A stretch of DNA of 62,922 bases, filler included, from Sanchytrium tribonematis (taxonomy: Eukaryota): NCBI GenBank assembly GCA_018985235.1. It is 17 parts of 17 records of this genome, joined end to end, with 100 filler letters (N's around TTAATTAATTAA, not from the genome) between each part and the next. Parts side by side here need not be neighbours in the genome. Positions count along the whole stretch, not along the records: positions 13,664 to 33,614 come from JADGIG010000100.1; 16 more parts are not named here. The stretch is one strand, 5' to 3'. Shown here in pieces: positions 22,164 to 32,495 of this stretch. The position numbers were made by a program, and so were the translations under genes. The stretch's first letter is position 1. Each line of letters begins with the position of its first letter. Under the pieces are notes generated by a model. It was not told where the DNA came from. It saw only the letters and a program-made list of their open reading frames with translations, and searched no databases.

Positions 22164-22766
22164 TCATAAATTAATAACCTCTTTCTTAATAGAGTGTTCT
22201 TTAAATTCTGATGATCTCACCATCTCACAATATGCTACCAACTTTGCAAAAGATAAATTAAGAGCGTCAGTCCGCGAAGGCTTCAATGATTTTGTAGAAG
22301 ATTCTCTACCTCTAGACCCCTGATTCTTGTGTGAGTACTTGAAATCCGCATATTCTAGTCTCGGGGATAATGATAAATTACTAGCTTGTGACAAATCATC
22401 GCAACTCTTTAAATCTGGACTTGAATCACTCGAACGTGACTTAGATTTAGCTCTTTTGTAATACAATTGAGAAGAACTCATTTCGTGAATTAATTTAACA
22501 TGTTTTCGAGCATCATGACTTCTTTTAAATCGTTTGTCACAATGAGGGCATTTGAAAGGCCTAAAGCTAACGTGGCAAAGTAAATGTGATATAATTCGGT
22601 AACGCTTTGATACACTGACTTGACAGTGCAGCCAATTGCAATTATACTCGCCATTACTAGTTTTTGAGCTATCAATATGTTTTTGAACAAGATGCTCATA
22701 CAGCTGCTCGGAATTTGGAAACGCCATAGTACATTCACCCCATGAACATTGTTGAACTTGACTCAT
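22164..22766 (-). CDS. Three-finger C2H2 transcription factor (PacC/GLI-like)
   Basis: CSWGEC..LYEHL..H, CNWLHC..RIISHL..H, RPFKCPHCDKRFKRSHDARKH. Confidence 0.8.
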   Translation of the reverse strand: MSQVQQCSWGECTMAFPNSEQLYEHLVQKHIDSSKTSNGEYNCNWLHCQVSVSKRYRIISHLLCHVSFRPFKCPHCDKRFKRSHDARKHVKLIHEMSSSQLYYKRAKSKSRSSDSSPDLKSCDDLSQASNLSLSPRLEYADFKYSHKNQGSRGRESSTKSLKPSRTDALNLSFAKLVAYCEMVRSSEFKEHSIKKEVINL

Positions 22767-22976
22767 TGTCGTTTCTAGGGTGACGGGGCTGTCGCTTTTT
22801 AAAATGGACTACGGAGTGAAACATAAACATGATTGGCCAAGTTGCTATCAACATACCAATCATATATTAAACACAAGATAACACGGCTAGTCACAGAATT
22901 GATGTTACTGCGAGGTATTTTATTTCATTTGAAAGATTGCTCCTATCCTTCTTTGTAAAACTTTAGGGGTTGATTT

Positions 22977-23378
22977 ATGATTATACGAGTCAAACGAAAA
23001 GCTGTAGAAAGCGCGTTAGACGAATATAACATGGGAAATAAAAAATTCAAGTATATTGCGAGTCATCCCTCAAGTCAATCTGATCCGAAATTCAGAAATG
23101 CACTTGATATTCAAATGAACTCTACTACTTTGAATCGTAAAGATTCAATCGAATCTTTGGAACTTGAGATATCGAATATAGATCTTGGCGATGAATTTGT
23201 TTATGATTACTACGAACTAGATTATTCTTTCGATTTGGAAGAAAATTCGAGCAATAATATTTCCGAGGTTGATTATCCCGATGAATCTTTAGACTCTGAC
23301 TTACGATCATTCTATACTGATGAATTTTTATCGACCTCAGAGATTGACGATGATGAATGGTATGAAGTCACTGATTGA
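22977..23378 (+). CDS. Iwr1/SLC7A6OS-like RNA Pol II import factor
   Basis: IRVKRKA, FVYDYY and DYPDE motifs; acidic tail. Confidence 0.65.
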   Translation: MIIRVKRKAVESALDEYNMGNKKFKYIASHPSSQSDPKFRNALDIQMNSTTLNRKDSIESLELEISNIDLGDEFVYDYYELDYSFDLEENSSNNISEVDYPDESLDSDLRSFYTDEFLSTSEIDDDEWYEVTD

Positions 23379-23442
23379 CGAAGAAAACTGGTATTAATTC
23401 TCAGAGCTATTGTTTAAAAATTAAATTATGATAAATTTATTA

Positions 23443-24258
23443 CTAATCGATTCCTTGATCTTTCATATTTTGCTTAATTACATCAAACACTTTTAGCATT
23501 TTTCTTCTAGCACCCAATGCAGCGACACCCGCCTTCTCCAATGCATCCTCGTCCATTTCGATCCATTCTTTCCAATTATACGATTCCAAATTATCAGAAT
23601 ATTTATGTAGCCGAAGAGTTTTCAAGAAACTAGGCAAATCCTCGAGCTGTTTAAAATCAATTACATCTGGAATTTTCCCTTTAGAAGAAGAAGTGCTTCG
23701 GCTTACCGATGCAGGATTGACTGGGATAGAGAATTCTTCTACACCAGCTTTTCGGCTAGGAACCGTTTGTGACCTTCTCAAAGGATTTGGAGAAGTGACT
23801 TGAATCATTGGCGGCATTATGTCAAGTAATGGAGAAGTTGACCTAATTTGCGGTGATTTTGGCTGCATGAAAGGCGCCAATCTTGACCCAAGTGGAGAAA
23901 TAGAACTTTGGAATGGATCCTCATTATTAGAATCCATCATTGGAGACAAAACGTTTGTTTTTTGACCAAGATCTTTAAGTACTCCAATCAAGAATTTAAC
24001 TTGCGCTGGATTTATGTGCTGTAGCAAATTGAAAAGCGTAGTTGTTTTCTCTGTCACATTCAAATGTTTAAACCACTGCTCGATTTGACAGAGATCTTTT
24101 GTAAATTGAGGTTCTAAACTTTTTGCCATGTCCTCAATCATTGATTCGTAATGCGTCCAATCAATTGGATGCATCCGCGGACTTAAGGGAGATGCCAATG
24201 GCGTTGGTTGAGCACTCTTACTTAAATATTGTGTACTTGGGATTAACCTGTCGGACAT
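23443..24258 (-). CDS. VTS1: Vts1/Smaug SAM-domain RNA-binding protein
   Basis: IEQWFKHL...LLQH; SAM LRLHKYSDNL...GVAALGARRKML. Confidence 0.9.
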   Translation of the reverse strand: MSDRLIPSTQYLSKSAQPTPLASPLSPRMHPIDWTHYESMIEDMAKSLEPQFTKDLCQIEQWFKHLNVTEKTTTLFNLLQHINPAQVKFLIGVLKDLGQKTNVLSPMMDSNNEDPFQSSISPLGSRLAPFMQPKSPQIRSTSPLLDIMPPMIQVTSPNPLRRSQTVPSRKAGVEEFSIPVNPASVSRSTSSSKGKIPDVIDFKQLEDLPSFLKTLRLHKYSDNLESYNWKEWIEMDEDALEKAGVAALGARRKMLKVFDVIKQNMKDQGID

Positions 24259-24433
24259 AAGAAATCGAGATTTTGGATGTTTTAAACTAAAGTGCCATCA
24301 AATCATTGGCCAGCAATTAATTTTTTTTTCTGATTGGACTACAAATTCATTAGCCAAATGAAAATTAAAGAAAAACTGAATGAATAAAATGTATTCCATT
24401 CCAATTTGGCAGCAATAGATAAGATCAAGGAAT

Positions 24434-24853
24434 TTAAGACAAATAGCCAATTTTATTTGCAATTTCAAGTGCATCAGAGTCTGCTGTCAATCTGACATAT
24501 GCTTTTTTATCTCCAGAAGGTCTAATCAAGGTGTTAACTTTATATACTTCAATACCATACAATTCATGTAAAGATCTTGCGATTGTTTTCTTGCTGGCCT
24601 TCGGATCAACAATGAATACTAATGTATTCTCTTCCTCAAGCTGTTTAGTGGTAGACTCTGTGCTTAAAGGGTACTTGACAACTCTGAAGGCGTCCATTTT
24701 GTTAACGTGGCCAAGTTTTTTTTGAGATTGGCGTTTAAGTCTCAAAGTCTTTGGACGAATAAATTTTGGGGAAGTTCTAATTGATTTTTTTGTACTTGAT
24801 TGATTTCCCTTCTTCACGCTAACTGCTGCTTTTTTTGCTTTGGTAACTGCCAT
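24434..24853 (-). CDS. RPL25: 60S ribosomal protein L25/L23a (uL23)
   Basis: FIRPKTLRL, ENTLVFIV, VNTLIRPSGDKKAYVRL, IANKIG. Confidence 0.97.
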   Translation of the reverse strand: MAVTKAKKAAVSVKKGNQSSTKKSIRTSPKFIRPKTLRLKRQSQKKLGHVNKMDAFRVVKYPLSTESTTKQLEEENTLVFIVDPKASKKTIARSLHELYGIEVYKVNTLIRPSGDKKAYVRLTADSDALEIANKIGYLS

Positions 24854-24880
24854 CTAGATTTTGAGGAAGCAAAAGAGGCA

Positions 24881-25282
24881 ATGGAGCAAACACGTGAATG
24901 TAAATTCTCGGAATTTTGTTTCGGACTTCAGGAGATGCACCCGTTGTCTAGAGTAACTCGTCAAGAAACCAAAAAGTATACACATGAACAAAAAGTAAAA
25001 CGTAGTAGAAAAATGAATGTCTGTAAATACTACCCGGAGCTATATAAACTGAGATATTTTCAGAAGCAAGAAAAAATTCATAGTCTTTCAGAATTGCGTG
25101 AGATCGCCAAGTTGTATATTAATCATGTTAGGTTAGAGAACAAGTTTTTTGCAGACATCGAAGAGAGAGCCTGGAAAGAGCATTGCTTTAAGATTCCGGA
25201 CCTCATTTCAAAAAAAAATTATGAATTACTTGCGAAATGGAACGGGAATAAGAGTCACTCAATAAAATTCTCGATTATTTAA
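24881..25282 (+). CDS. Hypothetical protein
   Basis: Open frame from ATG 24881 ending at a TAA next to AATAAA. Confidence 0.45.
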   Translation: MEQTRECKFSEFCFGLQEMHPLSRVTRQETKKYTHEQKVKRSRKMNVCKYYPELYKLRYFQKQEKIHSLSELREIAKLYINHVRLENKFFADIEERAWKEHCFKIPDLISKKNYELLAKWNGNKSHSIKFSII

Positions 25283-25302
25283 TAAATAAAAAATTGGTTG
25301 GG

Positions 25303-25420
25303 ATTTGTGGCAATTTTCAAGAAAAGGAAAGCCCCCTTCTGAGAATAATTGCCGAGGTATTCTCCAGAACAGCAAGTGCGTTATTAAAATCACAACACGA
25401 CTCTAATGTGTTCTGTGGAG
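25303..25420 (-). ncRNA. Box H/ACA snoRNA, snR11/SNORA3-like
   Basis: Hairpin-H box (AGAATA, 25358-25363)-hairpin-ACA (25306-25308); first pocket ATTAGAGTC complementary to LSU GACUCUAGU; pocket top 14 nt from the H box. Confidence 0.7.
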
Positions 25421-25487
25421 TTTGGCGGGAGGTCAAGAAAAATGCGATTAAAACTCAGAGACACGTGGTCGGACCAATCAAATTTAT

Positions 25488-26039
25488 TTAAGCAACTAGA
25501 GCTGAGGCAGTAGCTGAGCTATATTTCCAAGTTGGAGGCAAATTGCCAACTGACTTATAGTATCGTGCCAGTCGATGAATTCTGCTTTCAATTAAGATGA
25601 GACGATATTTTGCATCTCTATCTTTTCGATTTCGTTCCATATGTTTTCGAACATTTACTGCTTTCTTGATTAAACAATACAAGTCCTCAGGAATTTCTGG
25701 TGCCAGTCCCTTCGTTAGTTAAATTCGCTCAGTATGTTGCATTCATCAGTTGTTCAGAAACACAGACCAATGTATATTGCAAAAACATCCCAGCGGCTCA
25801 CTTACCTTTGACTTAAGCAGTCGAAGAACAGAGTTACCAGTTATGCTTTTGACTTGAGGAACTCCCATGGTGTCTCTTAAAAGTACACCAATTTGGGATG
25901 GAGTCATTCCTTTTCTTGCCAATCTAACAATCTGATCGACAACCTCATCGGGAGAAGATTTGACCCAAGCAGGTGCGCTGCGCACGTAAGGGAGTGCGCT
26001 CGATGATATTCCTTTTCCTTTAGTATGCATTCGTCCCAT
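25488..26039 (-). CDS. RPS13: 40S ribosomal protein S13 (uS15), 2 exons, 151 aa
   Basis: [15 protein letters not shown]...[14 protein letters not shown]; intron 25710-25805 (GTAAGT...ACTAACGAAG). Confidence 0.97.
25726..25795 (-). ncRNA. Intronic box C/D snoRNA, U18/SNORD18-like
   Basis: Terminal stem CGCT/AGCG; D' CTGA preceded by TTGGTCTGTGTTT (pairs with LSU AAACACGGACCAA); C' TGATGA; D CTGA; C box degenerate. Confidence 0.85.
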
Positions 26040-26239
26040 TTTAAGATAATAGTTTGTAAACGAATGGGTGGGAAAAATCACAATAAATTCACGTGTTTTT
26101 GACCAATCAGAATCAAACATTTGAAAGATTGTTGTTTGAACGACCCTCAGTCAAGAAAATGTTTTGATGCAAGCTTTTACAAATATTACATGATTGGATC
26201 AAAATTTATTTTTATTGCTCATTCCCCGATTGCTTTTAA

Positions 26240-26977
26240 ATGGAAGGGAAACTAGTTGAAAAAGTTGTTAAACATGCAAAATCATTCAAACAATTCCAAC
26301 CTGATCCTACACAAGGACTCAGTAGCGAAAATGGCATTCAGAAACTAAATTTAACCTCACCGGAAGATAATGTTCGTAATGAAGCAGAAAAACAGCCTGT
26401 GTCGAGAGATTCACTAGTGACAGATGTTGAAGAACAATACACGAAGCTCGTTGATGAGGAGGTGAACTCGTGTAAAGCCGAGTCAAATTTGGATGAGTCT
26501 GTTAAAGTTCAAATAGAGGCGGAAATCCAAACGATTAAACCTGATCCTGATAGTGATGTGGAACAATCCACTAAGCTTTCACAATTTAAAAAAAAGGATC
26601 AAGATTTCAGACCTGTCGTAGAAGAACTATCAAAAAAGTTAGACATTGTTATGAAGAAGTCATCTTTTAGTCCAGAGTTGTCGAATAAACTCAACAACAT
26701 GAAAGCAGAAAACTCGTCAGTTGTTCGTGAAGATTCCAATTTGGATACAATTTCCGTTGAGAAATCTGAAGAAGCATCTGATACGTCTACAGGAAAATCA
26801 AATTCAGAGAGGAGCGGCAAGCCCGAAGAACGTGAATACTCATCAGGCAACGAGCCAGAAACTGCAAACCTATCACATATTCAAGCTGATGACGATCAAT
26901 TGTCCAAAAAATTGAGTGACTCGAAGAAGAAAGATTCTTTCATGAAAAAATTCAGAAAACTATTTTCATTTTGCTGA
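26240..26977 (+). CDS. Low-complexity Glu/Ser/Lys-rich hypothetical protein
   Basis: 245-aa ORF with no recognisable domain. Confidence 0.6.
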   Translation: MEGKLVEKVVKHAKSFKQFQPDPTQGLSSENGIQKLNLTSPEDNVRNEAEKQPVSRDSLVTDVEEQYTKLVDEEVNSCKAESNLDESVKVQIEAEIQTIKPDPDSDVEQSTKLSQFKKKDQDFRPVVEELSKKLDIVMKKSSFSPELSNKLNNMKAENSSVVREDSNLDTISVEKSEEASDTSTGKSNSERSGKPEEREYSSGNEPETANLSHIQADDDQLSKKLSDSKKKDSFMKKFRKLFSFC

Positions 26978-27024
26978 AAACTGCTGATTGAATAAAAAAT
27001 ATAAATCCTTCTCCGTGTTTAAAA

Positions 27025-28590
27025 ATGAGTAACCCTTTACAATTATTTGAAAATGGAGCACAGGAAGAAAGAGGAGAAGAAGCCAGGCTTTCCATATTTG
27101 TTGCTGCTGCTGCTATAGGTGACTTGATTAAAAGCACTCTAGGGCCTAAAGGAATGGACAAAATTTTACAGAGTGGCAGCAGTATGCAAGTAACAAATGA
27201 TGGTGCAACGATTCTTAAGAGTGTGATGATTGACAATCCTGCTGCTAAACTACTGGTAAACTTGGCGCAAGCACAAGATGATGAAGTAGGAGATGGCACA
27301 ACTAGTGTGACTGTTTTAGCAAGTGAATTATTGCGTCAAGCGGAAAAACTTGTGGATCAACGTATCCACCCACAAATTATAGTTCAAGGGTATAGATTAG
27401 CATCGCAGCATGCGATCAAGGCCCTACAAGCTAAGAAGAAGACATTAGTTGAAGCAGATTTGCGAGAATATCTTATTAAAATCGCAAAAACAACTTTGTC
27501 CTCTAAGGTACTAAACCAAGACAAGGATTACTTTGCTAAAATGGTAGTCGATGCTGTCTTGAGACTTAAAGGAAAAGGCGATCTGAATTTAATCCAAATT
27601 ATTAAAAAAATGGGTGGTAAACTGCAAGACTCATATCTCGATGATGGGTTTATTTTAGACAAAAGTATTAGCGTCAACTCCCCTAAAGAAATGACTGACT
27701 GTAAGATTCTGATTGCAAACACCCCCATGGATACCGATAAAATTAAGGTATTTGGTGCAAGAGTAAAAGCTGACTCCACACAGCAATTAGCTGATTTGGA
27801 AAGGGTAGAAAAAGAAAAAATGAAGACTAAAGTTGAGAAAATCAAAGCTCATGGTGTCAATGTATTCGTGAATCGTCAATTGATATACAATTATCCCGAG
27901 CAGCTGTTGGGCGATGCTGGCGTATTAGTTATCGAACATGCAGACTTTGATGGTGTAGAAAGATTAGCCTTGGTTACAGGGGGGGAAATCGCATCCACCT
28001 TCGATCATCCGGAACTCTGTCAACTAGGAAAATGTGGAAAAATTGAGCAAGTCATGATCGGCGAGGATAAATTGATCAAGTTTACGGGAGTTGTTGGAGA
28101 AGCATGTTCCATTGTTCTTAGAGGTGCTACCAACCAGCTCTTGGATGAGGCGGAGAGGAGTATTCACGATGCTTTATGTGTGTTAACTCAAACTGTAAAA
28201 TATCCAGAAACTGTATATGGGGGAGGGTGCTCGGAAGTTTTAATGGCGGAGGCTGTTGATGAATTGGCTCGATCAACTCCGGGAAAAGTTTCCTTTGCAA
28301 TTACAGCATTTGCTGATGCCTTAAGATCACTACCAAGAACTATCGCCGAGAATGCCGGATTGGATGGCAACGATTTACTCTCTAAATTGCAAACTGCGCA
28401 TGTTAACGGCCAAACAAATTTCGGGATCAATGTTTACAGCAATGAAGTCTCGAGTATGGATGCATTAGGAATTGTCGAGTGCTTTAAGGCTAAAAAGTGT
28501 GTAGTTGTCAATGCCAGTGAAGCTGCAGAGATGCTACTGAGAGTCGACGATGTTGTTAAACGCGCTCCTAGACAAAGAGAGAGACATTAA
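27025..28590 (+). CDS. CCT2: T-complex protein 1 subunit beta
   Basis: [36 protein letters not shown]. Confidence 0.97.
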   Translation: MSNPLQLFENGAQEERGEEARLSIFVAAAAIGDLIKSTLGPKGMDKILQSGSSMQVTNDGATILKSVMIDNPAAKLLVNLAQAQDDEVGDGTTSVTVLASELLRQAEKLVDQRIHPQIIVQGYRLASQHAIKALQAKKKTLVEADLREYLIKIAKTTLSSKVLNQDKDYFAKMVVDAVLRLKGKGDLNLIQIIKKMGGKLQDSYLDDGFILDKSISVNSPKEMTDCKILIANTPMDTDKIKVFGARVKADSTQQLADLERVEKEKMKTKVEKIKAHGVNVFVNRQLIYNYPEQLLGDAGVLVIEHADFDGVERLALVTGGEIASTFDHPELCQLGKCGKIEQVMIGEDKLIKFTGVVGEACSIVLRGATNQLLDEAERSIHDALCVLTQTVKYPETVYGGGCSEVLMAEAVDELARSTPGKVSFAITAFADALRSLPRTIAENAGLDGNDLLSKLQTAHVNGQTNFGINVYSNEVSSMDALGIVECFKAKKCVVVNASEAAEMLLRVDDVVKRAPRQRERH

Positions 28591-29283
28591 ATGCGAGATA
28601 ATAAATCTTATAACAAGTATCTCCCTTTTATGACAATTCAAAATATTCGCGAAGAGTTACTTAACCTAGACTCACTTCGCCAACAGCTAACGCAAAAGCT
28701 TATTTCATTAACCCAAAGGCTTCAAGAGTCAAGAACCAATTTGACAGATCCACTTGTAATAGATGGGTTTCCTAGGAATGATATTGACCTTTATCAAGTC
28801 CGTACTTTAAGACAAAATTACAGAATTACGCAGAATGACCTATACGAAATAGACAAAAAAATCGAAACTCTGCTGCCTCAAGCACTCTCGGCGACTGTTG
28901 AATCAACTCAAAATTTATCACATCAACAGTCAAATTATGTAGAAAATGCTACTTATGAATTGCCTAAAGAATGGCACATTATTGTGAACGCAGTCGATCC
29001 AGATTCTCCAGCTTATATAGATGGGTTGCGGCGTGGTGATATCATTTTCAAAATCAATGGTCTCGGAATCACAAAGTTGAACTCCGGATGGATTTTTAAT
29101 GGAGAAAACTTTAGGTCTGAGACGGAAATTCTGGAGCGTATTTCTATCTTGATTATTGAGCACAATCCACTTAATTTGAATTTAGTAAGAGGTTTTGATG
29201 AAACTCAAATTGTTTTAATTCCCAGAAAATGGAGCGGTCACGGACTTTTAGGAATCCACATGAAGCTTCAGGAACAGAAATAA
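28591..29283 (+). CDS. NAS2: 26S proteasome assembly chaperone Nas2/PSMD9
   Basis: PLVIDGFPRNDIDLYQVR, PDZ domain, PRKWSGHGLLG; start may be the second ATG. Confidence 0.88.
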   Translation: MRDNKSYNKYLPFMTIQNIREELLNLDSLRQQLTQKLISLTQRLQESRTNLTDPLVIDGFPRNDIDLYQVRTLRQNYRITQNDLYEIDKKIETLLPQALSATVESTQNLSHQQSNYVENATYELPKEWHIIVNAVDPDSPAYIDGLRRGDIIFKINGLGITKLNSGWIFNGENFRSETEILERISILIIEHNPLNLNLVRGFDETQIVLIPRKWSGHGLLGIHMKLQEQK

Positions 29284-30647
29284 AATTTTAAAAGTTTACT
29301 TTTAATACTCGCAATTTGCGCAAATACGGAACTTCTGCTAGTTCCGCCTATGCTATTTCTAGATTCTACGGCTTCAACTTCATTAAAAATTGCAAAAATA
29401 TCGGCGCCGATTCTAGCATCAATGTTTTGAAATTCTTTAAGGGTAAGATCGTCCAAATTTTTGAGTGCAGATTCTGAAAATAATATACATTTGCCTGAAA
29501 TATGATGCGACTCGCGAAAAGGAACGCCTTTTTTAACCAGATAATCCGCCAGTTCAGTTGCGAACATGTCCTTAGTAATAGCCAGCTTCATTTTCTCTGG
29601 AAAAACTTTAAGAGTGTTGATCACGCCGTCGGCAACCTCAAGACACAAGATCATAATATCAAAAGTTTCAAAAAGTGACGCTTTATCATCTTGAAGATCT
29701 TTGTTGTATGTGGATGGAAGACCTTTAATACTGATAAATAAAGATGTTAAAAGCCCAAAAATTTTGCCACTTTTTCCACGTAAAAGCTCCAATGCATCCG
29801 GGTTCTTCTTCTGAGGCATCAATGAGGAGCCACTGGAAAACTTGTCACTGCATTTCACAAATCCAAATTCAGACGAGGAGTATATAATTAAATCTTCGGC
29901 CCATCTGCTAAGGTGATTTGAAAATAAAGAACTTGTCCACAGAAATTCCAAAATAAAATCTCTATCACTGACGGCGAAAAGACTATTTTCCAAATTGCTG
30001 CTAAACCCTAAGGAGGAGCAAAGTTTCTCTCTATCAATTCCGAAAGGATTTCCACTAAGAGCACCGGAGCCCAATGGATTTCGATCAATTCTTCGTAGAA
30101 TTTGAATAAATCTTTCGATATCATCTATTAAATTCCAAGCAAATTGAAGGTTCCAATGTGACCAACGAATTGGCTGGGCTCTTTGCAAATGAGTATAACC
30201 AGGAAATATAATTTCAATATCTCGCTTCGAAATTAACAAAATAGAGTCAACTAGTTTCTTTAGTTTCTCCAAAACAGTTACAACAGCTTTTTTAAGCCAA
30301 AGTCTCATGTCTGTGACAACTTGGTCGTTTCTGGAGCGCCCGGTGTGAAGTTTCTTACCGGTATCGCCAATTAGTTCAATCAGTCGTCTTTCGTTTGCTG
30401 TGTGTACATCTTCATCTTCGGGTTTAATGGAAAATTTTTTAGAAGTCCACTCGTTTTTTATCATTGATAACCCCTCAGTGAGCTGGGTTAGCTCTATTTC
30501 CGAAATCAAATTAGCCTCTTTCAGTGAACTTGCATATGCAATTGAGCCTTCCAGGTCTTCCACCGCCAATCTTCGATCCACTTGAATTGAGTAATTGATT
30601 TCTCTAAAGAGCTTTTCAGAGCCTTCAGCAAATCTACCACCCCACAT
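29268..30647 (-). CDS. ARG4: Argininosuccinate lyase
   Basis: MWGGRF, HTGRSRNDQ, SSGSSLMPQKKNPD. Confidence 0.97.
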   Translation of the reverse strand: MWGGRFAEGSEKLFREINYSIQVDRRLAVEDLEGSIAYASSLKEANLISEIELTQLTEGLSMIKNEWTSKKFSIKPEDEDVHTANERRLIELIGDTGKKLHTGRSRNDQVVTDMRLWLKKAVVTVLEKLKKLVDSILLISKRDIEIIFPGYTHLQRAQPIRWSHWNLQFAWNLIDDIERFIQILRRIDRNPLGSGALSGNPFGIDREKLCSSLGFSSNLENSLFAVSDRDFILEFLWTSSLFSNHLSRWAEDLIIYSSSEFGFVKCSDKFSSGSSLMPQKKNPDALELLRGKSGKIFGLLTSLFISIKGLPSTYNKDLQDDKASLFETFDIMILCLEVADGVINTLKVFPEKMKLAITKDMFATELADYLVKKGVPFRESHHISGKCILFSESALKNLDDLTLKEFQNIDARIGADIFAIFNEVEAVESRNSIGGTSRSSVFAQIASIKSKLLKFYFCS

Positions 30648-30944
30648 GTCCGGAAAAATTCGGCGAATTTATTTACTAGACTGAATTTATCAAACCGTAA
30701 AAGAGTGTGAAAATTATAATCTGGCCCGTTTTAAGTTTATCTCTCTATGCAGTCAATCTAATTAGTTTTTGATTTTAAGGTAAAACAAACACTTAGGAAA
30801 GAAACCGTGGTGTATATATGGATTTGGGGTTAAGAAATAAACTGCATAGACTAGTGTGAACATTGGTGTGCGACACGCAATACCAAAACACCGAAATAAT
30901 GATCAACTTTTTATTGGGGCTGTTACATATACTCCCCTAGAAAT

Positions 30945-32447
30945 TTAGTAGTGCTTCTGACTTTCTAACCAACTTAAAACTTGATTCCTATCAGTCGGGT
31001 GATTTTCTATCTGGTAGGCCAGAATCTTATTTAGCCAACAGCCAACCTCCACTCCTTCCACACATTTTAATTTCATTACGTCTTTTCCGTTCAAGATGGG
31101 TTTCCATGATGTGATATTTTCAAAATCAAGACATTTGATTCTGTCAAATATATTTTCGCAGGTTAATTTGGTTAAATCAAGAATGTCAGGGTCAATGTTT
31201 TCACTGTATTTAAGAGAATTTGAGTCAAATTCAATACTGGCTCTACTAGCTATGTTTATAATGCTTGCCAACATTAAAGACAGATTGAAATCTTTTTCAA
31301 TTGAGTGTTCTCGAAGCAAAGTACCAAATTCCAATTTGCTCAGGGTGTCTAAAGACTTTGAAAAGACCAATTTTTGGAGTTTGCAGGCCTTGGATGCCAG
31401 TTCGATAGCAAAATTATTATCTTTCTTGGAAAATTTGAAATGGTGTACTGTTAGAAAATTTGAAAATTCAGCGTTGCTATCATGAGATATTGTTGAGTCT
31501 ATATATGGAAGATACAAGGCAGCTAAATATAACAAACGGTATTTCACCCCGTCTATATCAAAATTTAGAATTTTAGTAAGTTTTTGAAGATTGAGAAGCC
31601 TGCTGATTAGGGCCACATAATGAGGTTCTTTCCGCATTTCAATGGTTATTCTAATCTTTTTCGAATTTCTTTTGACATCTAATGGAATTTCTTTTTCAAA
31701 AATACTACTATACACACCTGATTGACATAAAAGATGGATACCATAATCTGGATTGGCAGAACTCAAAATTTTATCAATCTCGATCACAACTCTTTCATTG
31801 CTCACTTTTTGCTTTAACGCTAACAAAATTTCGGGAATTTCGCACGCCCTCATAATTTCGTCACAAACTTTGAACTTCAATTTAGCAGCAAAACGAAATC
31901 CTCTAATAATTCTTAACGGATCATCCAGAAATGTCACTGTAGCATTCATGGGTGTTCTGATTATGCCATCATTCAGATCTTTAATTCCATTTTGAGTGAG
32001 GTCTTCGAGAGCACGAGACCGCAAGTTGTAAAACAAAGAATTAATGGTAAAATCTCTGCGCATAGCATCTTGCTTTGCAGAACCAAATTCCATTTCAGGT
32101 ATTCTTGAATGCAATGCGTAGGTTTCACTTCTTAAATTTACAAAATCGCATTCAAAACCACATACGTTGGCAGTGATAGTTTCGAGATGCTTGCTCTGAT
32201 CTGGATTCAAAGCAATCTTCCCAATGTGGCTCACCAAATTTTCTTCATGGTGATGGGATAGAGCATTTTGTAAACTTCTAATATATTCCGCACCTGTAAC
32301 ATTCTCTAACGCCACATCAATATCATTGCTATTTATCCCAAGTAATTTATCCCGTACCCAACCACCTGCAAATCGAATTTCAACATCTTTTACGTAGAGC
32401 AGGACATTGACGAGTTTCACCTCACTAGCTGACAACATCACTTTCAT
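30945..32447 (-). CDS. CCA1: CCA tRNA nucleotidyltransferase
   Basis: AGGWVRDKLL, DIDV, DAMRRDFTINSLFYN, FLDDPLR. Confidence 0.92.
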   Translation of the reverse strand: MKVMLSASEVKLVNVLLYVKDVEIRFAGGWVRDKLLGINSNDIDVALENVTGAEYIRSLQNALSHHHEENLVSHIGKIALNPDQSKHLETITANVCGFECDFVNLRSETYALHSRIPEMEFGSAKQDAMRRDFTINSLFYNLRSRALEDLTQNGIKDLNDGIIRTPMNATVTFLDDPLRIIRGFRFAAKLKFKVCDEIMRACEIPEILLALKQKVSNERVVIEIDKILSSANPDYGIHLLCQSGVYSSIFEKEIPLDVKRNSKKIRITIEMRKEPHYVALISRLLNLQKLTKILNFDIDGVKYRLLYLAALYLPYIDSTISHDSNAEFSNFLTVHHFKFSKKDNNFAIELASKACKLQKLVFSKSLDTLSKLEFGTLLREHSIEKDFNLSLMLASIINIASRASIEFDSNSLKYSENIDPDILDLTKLTCENIFDRIKCLDFENITSWKPILNGKDVMKLKCVEGVEVGCWLNKILAYQIENHPTDRNQVLSWLESQKHY

Positions 32448-32495
32448 GGAGACAATTTTGTAAGAAGGAATTTAGGCTATAGGATAAATGTAAAT

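Noticed and set aside
25294..25491. 65-aa ORF on +
   Set aside because: TTG start, no motif; better explained as antisense to the H/ACA snoRNA
30651..30900. RNase P/MRP RNA call for the ARG4-CCA1 spacer
   Set aside because: Only partial resemblance to CR-I/CR-V and no convincing P4 pairing; kept only as a generic ncRNA candidate
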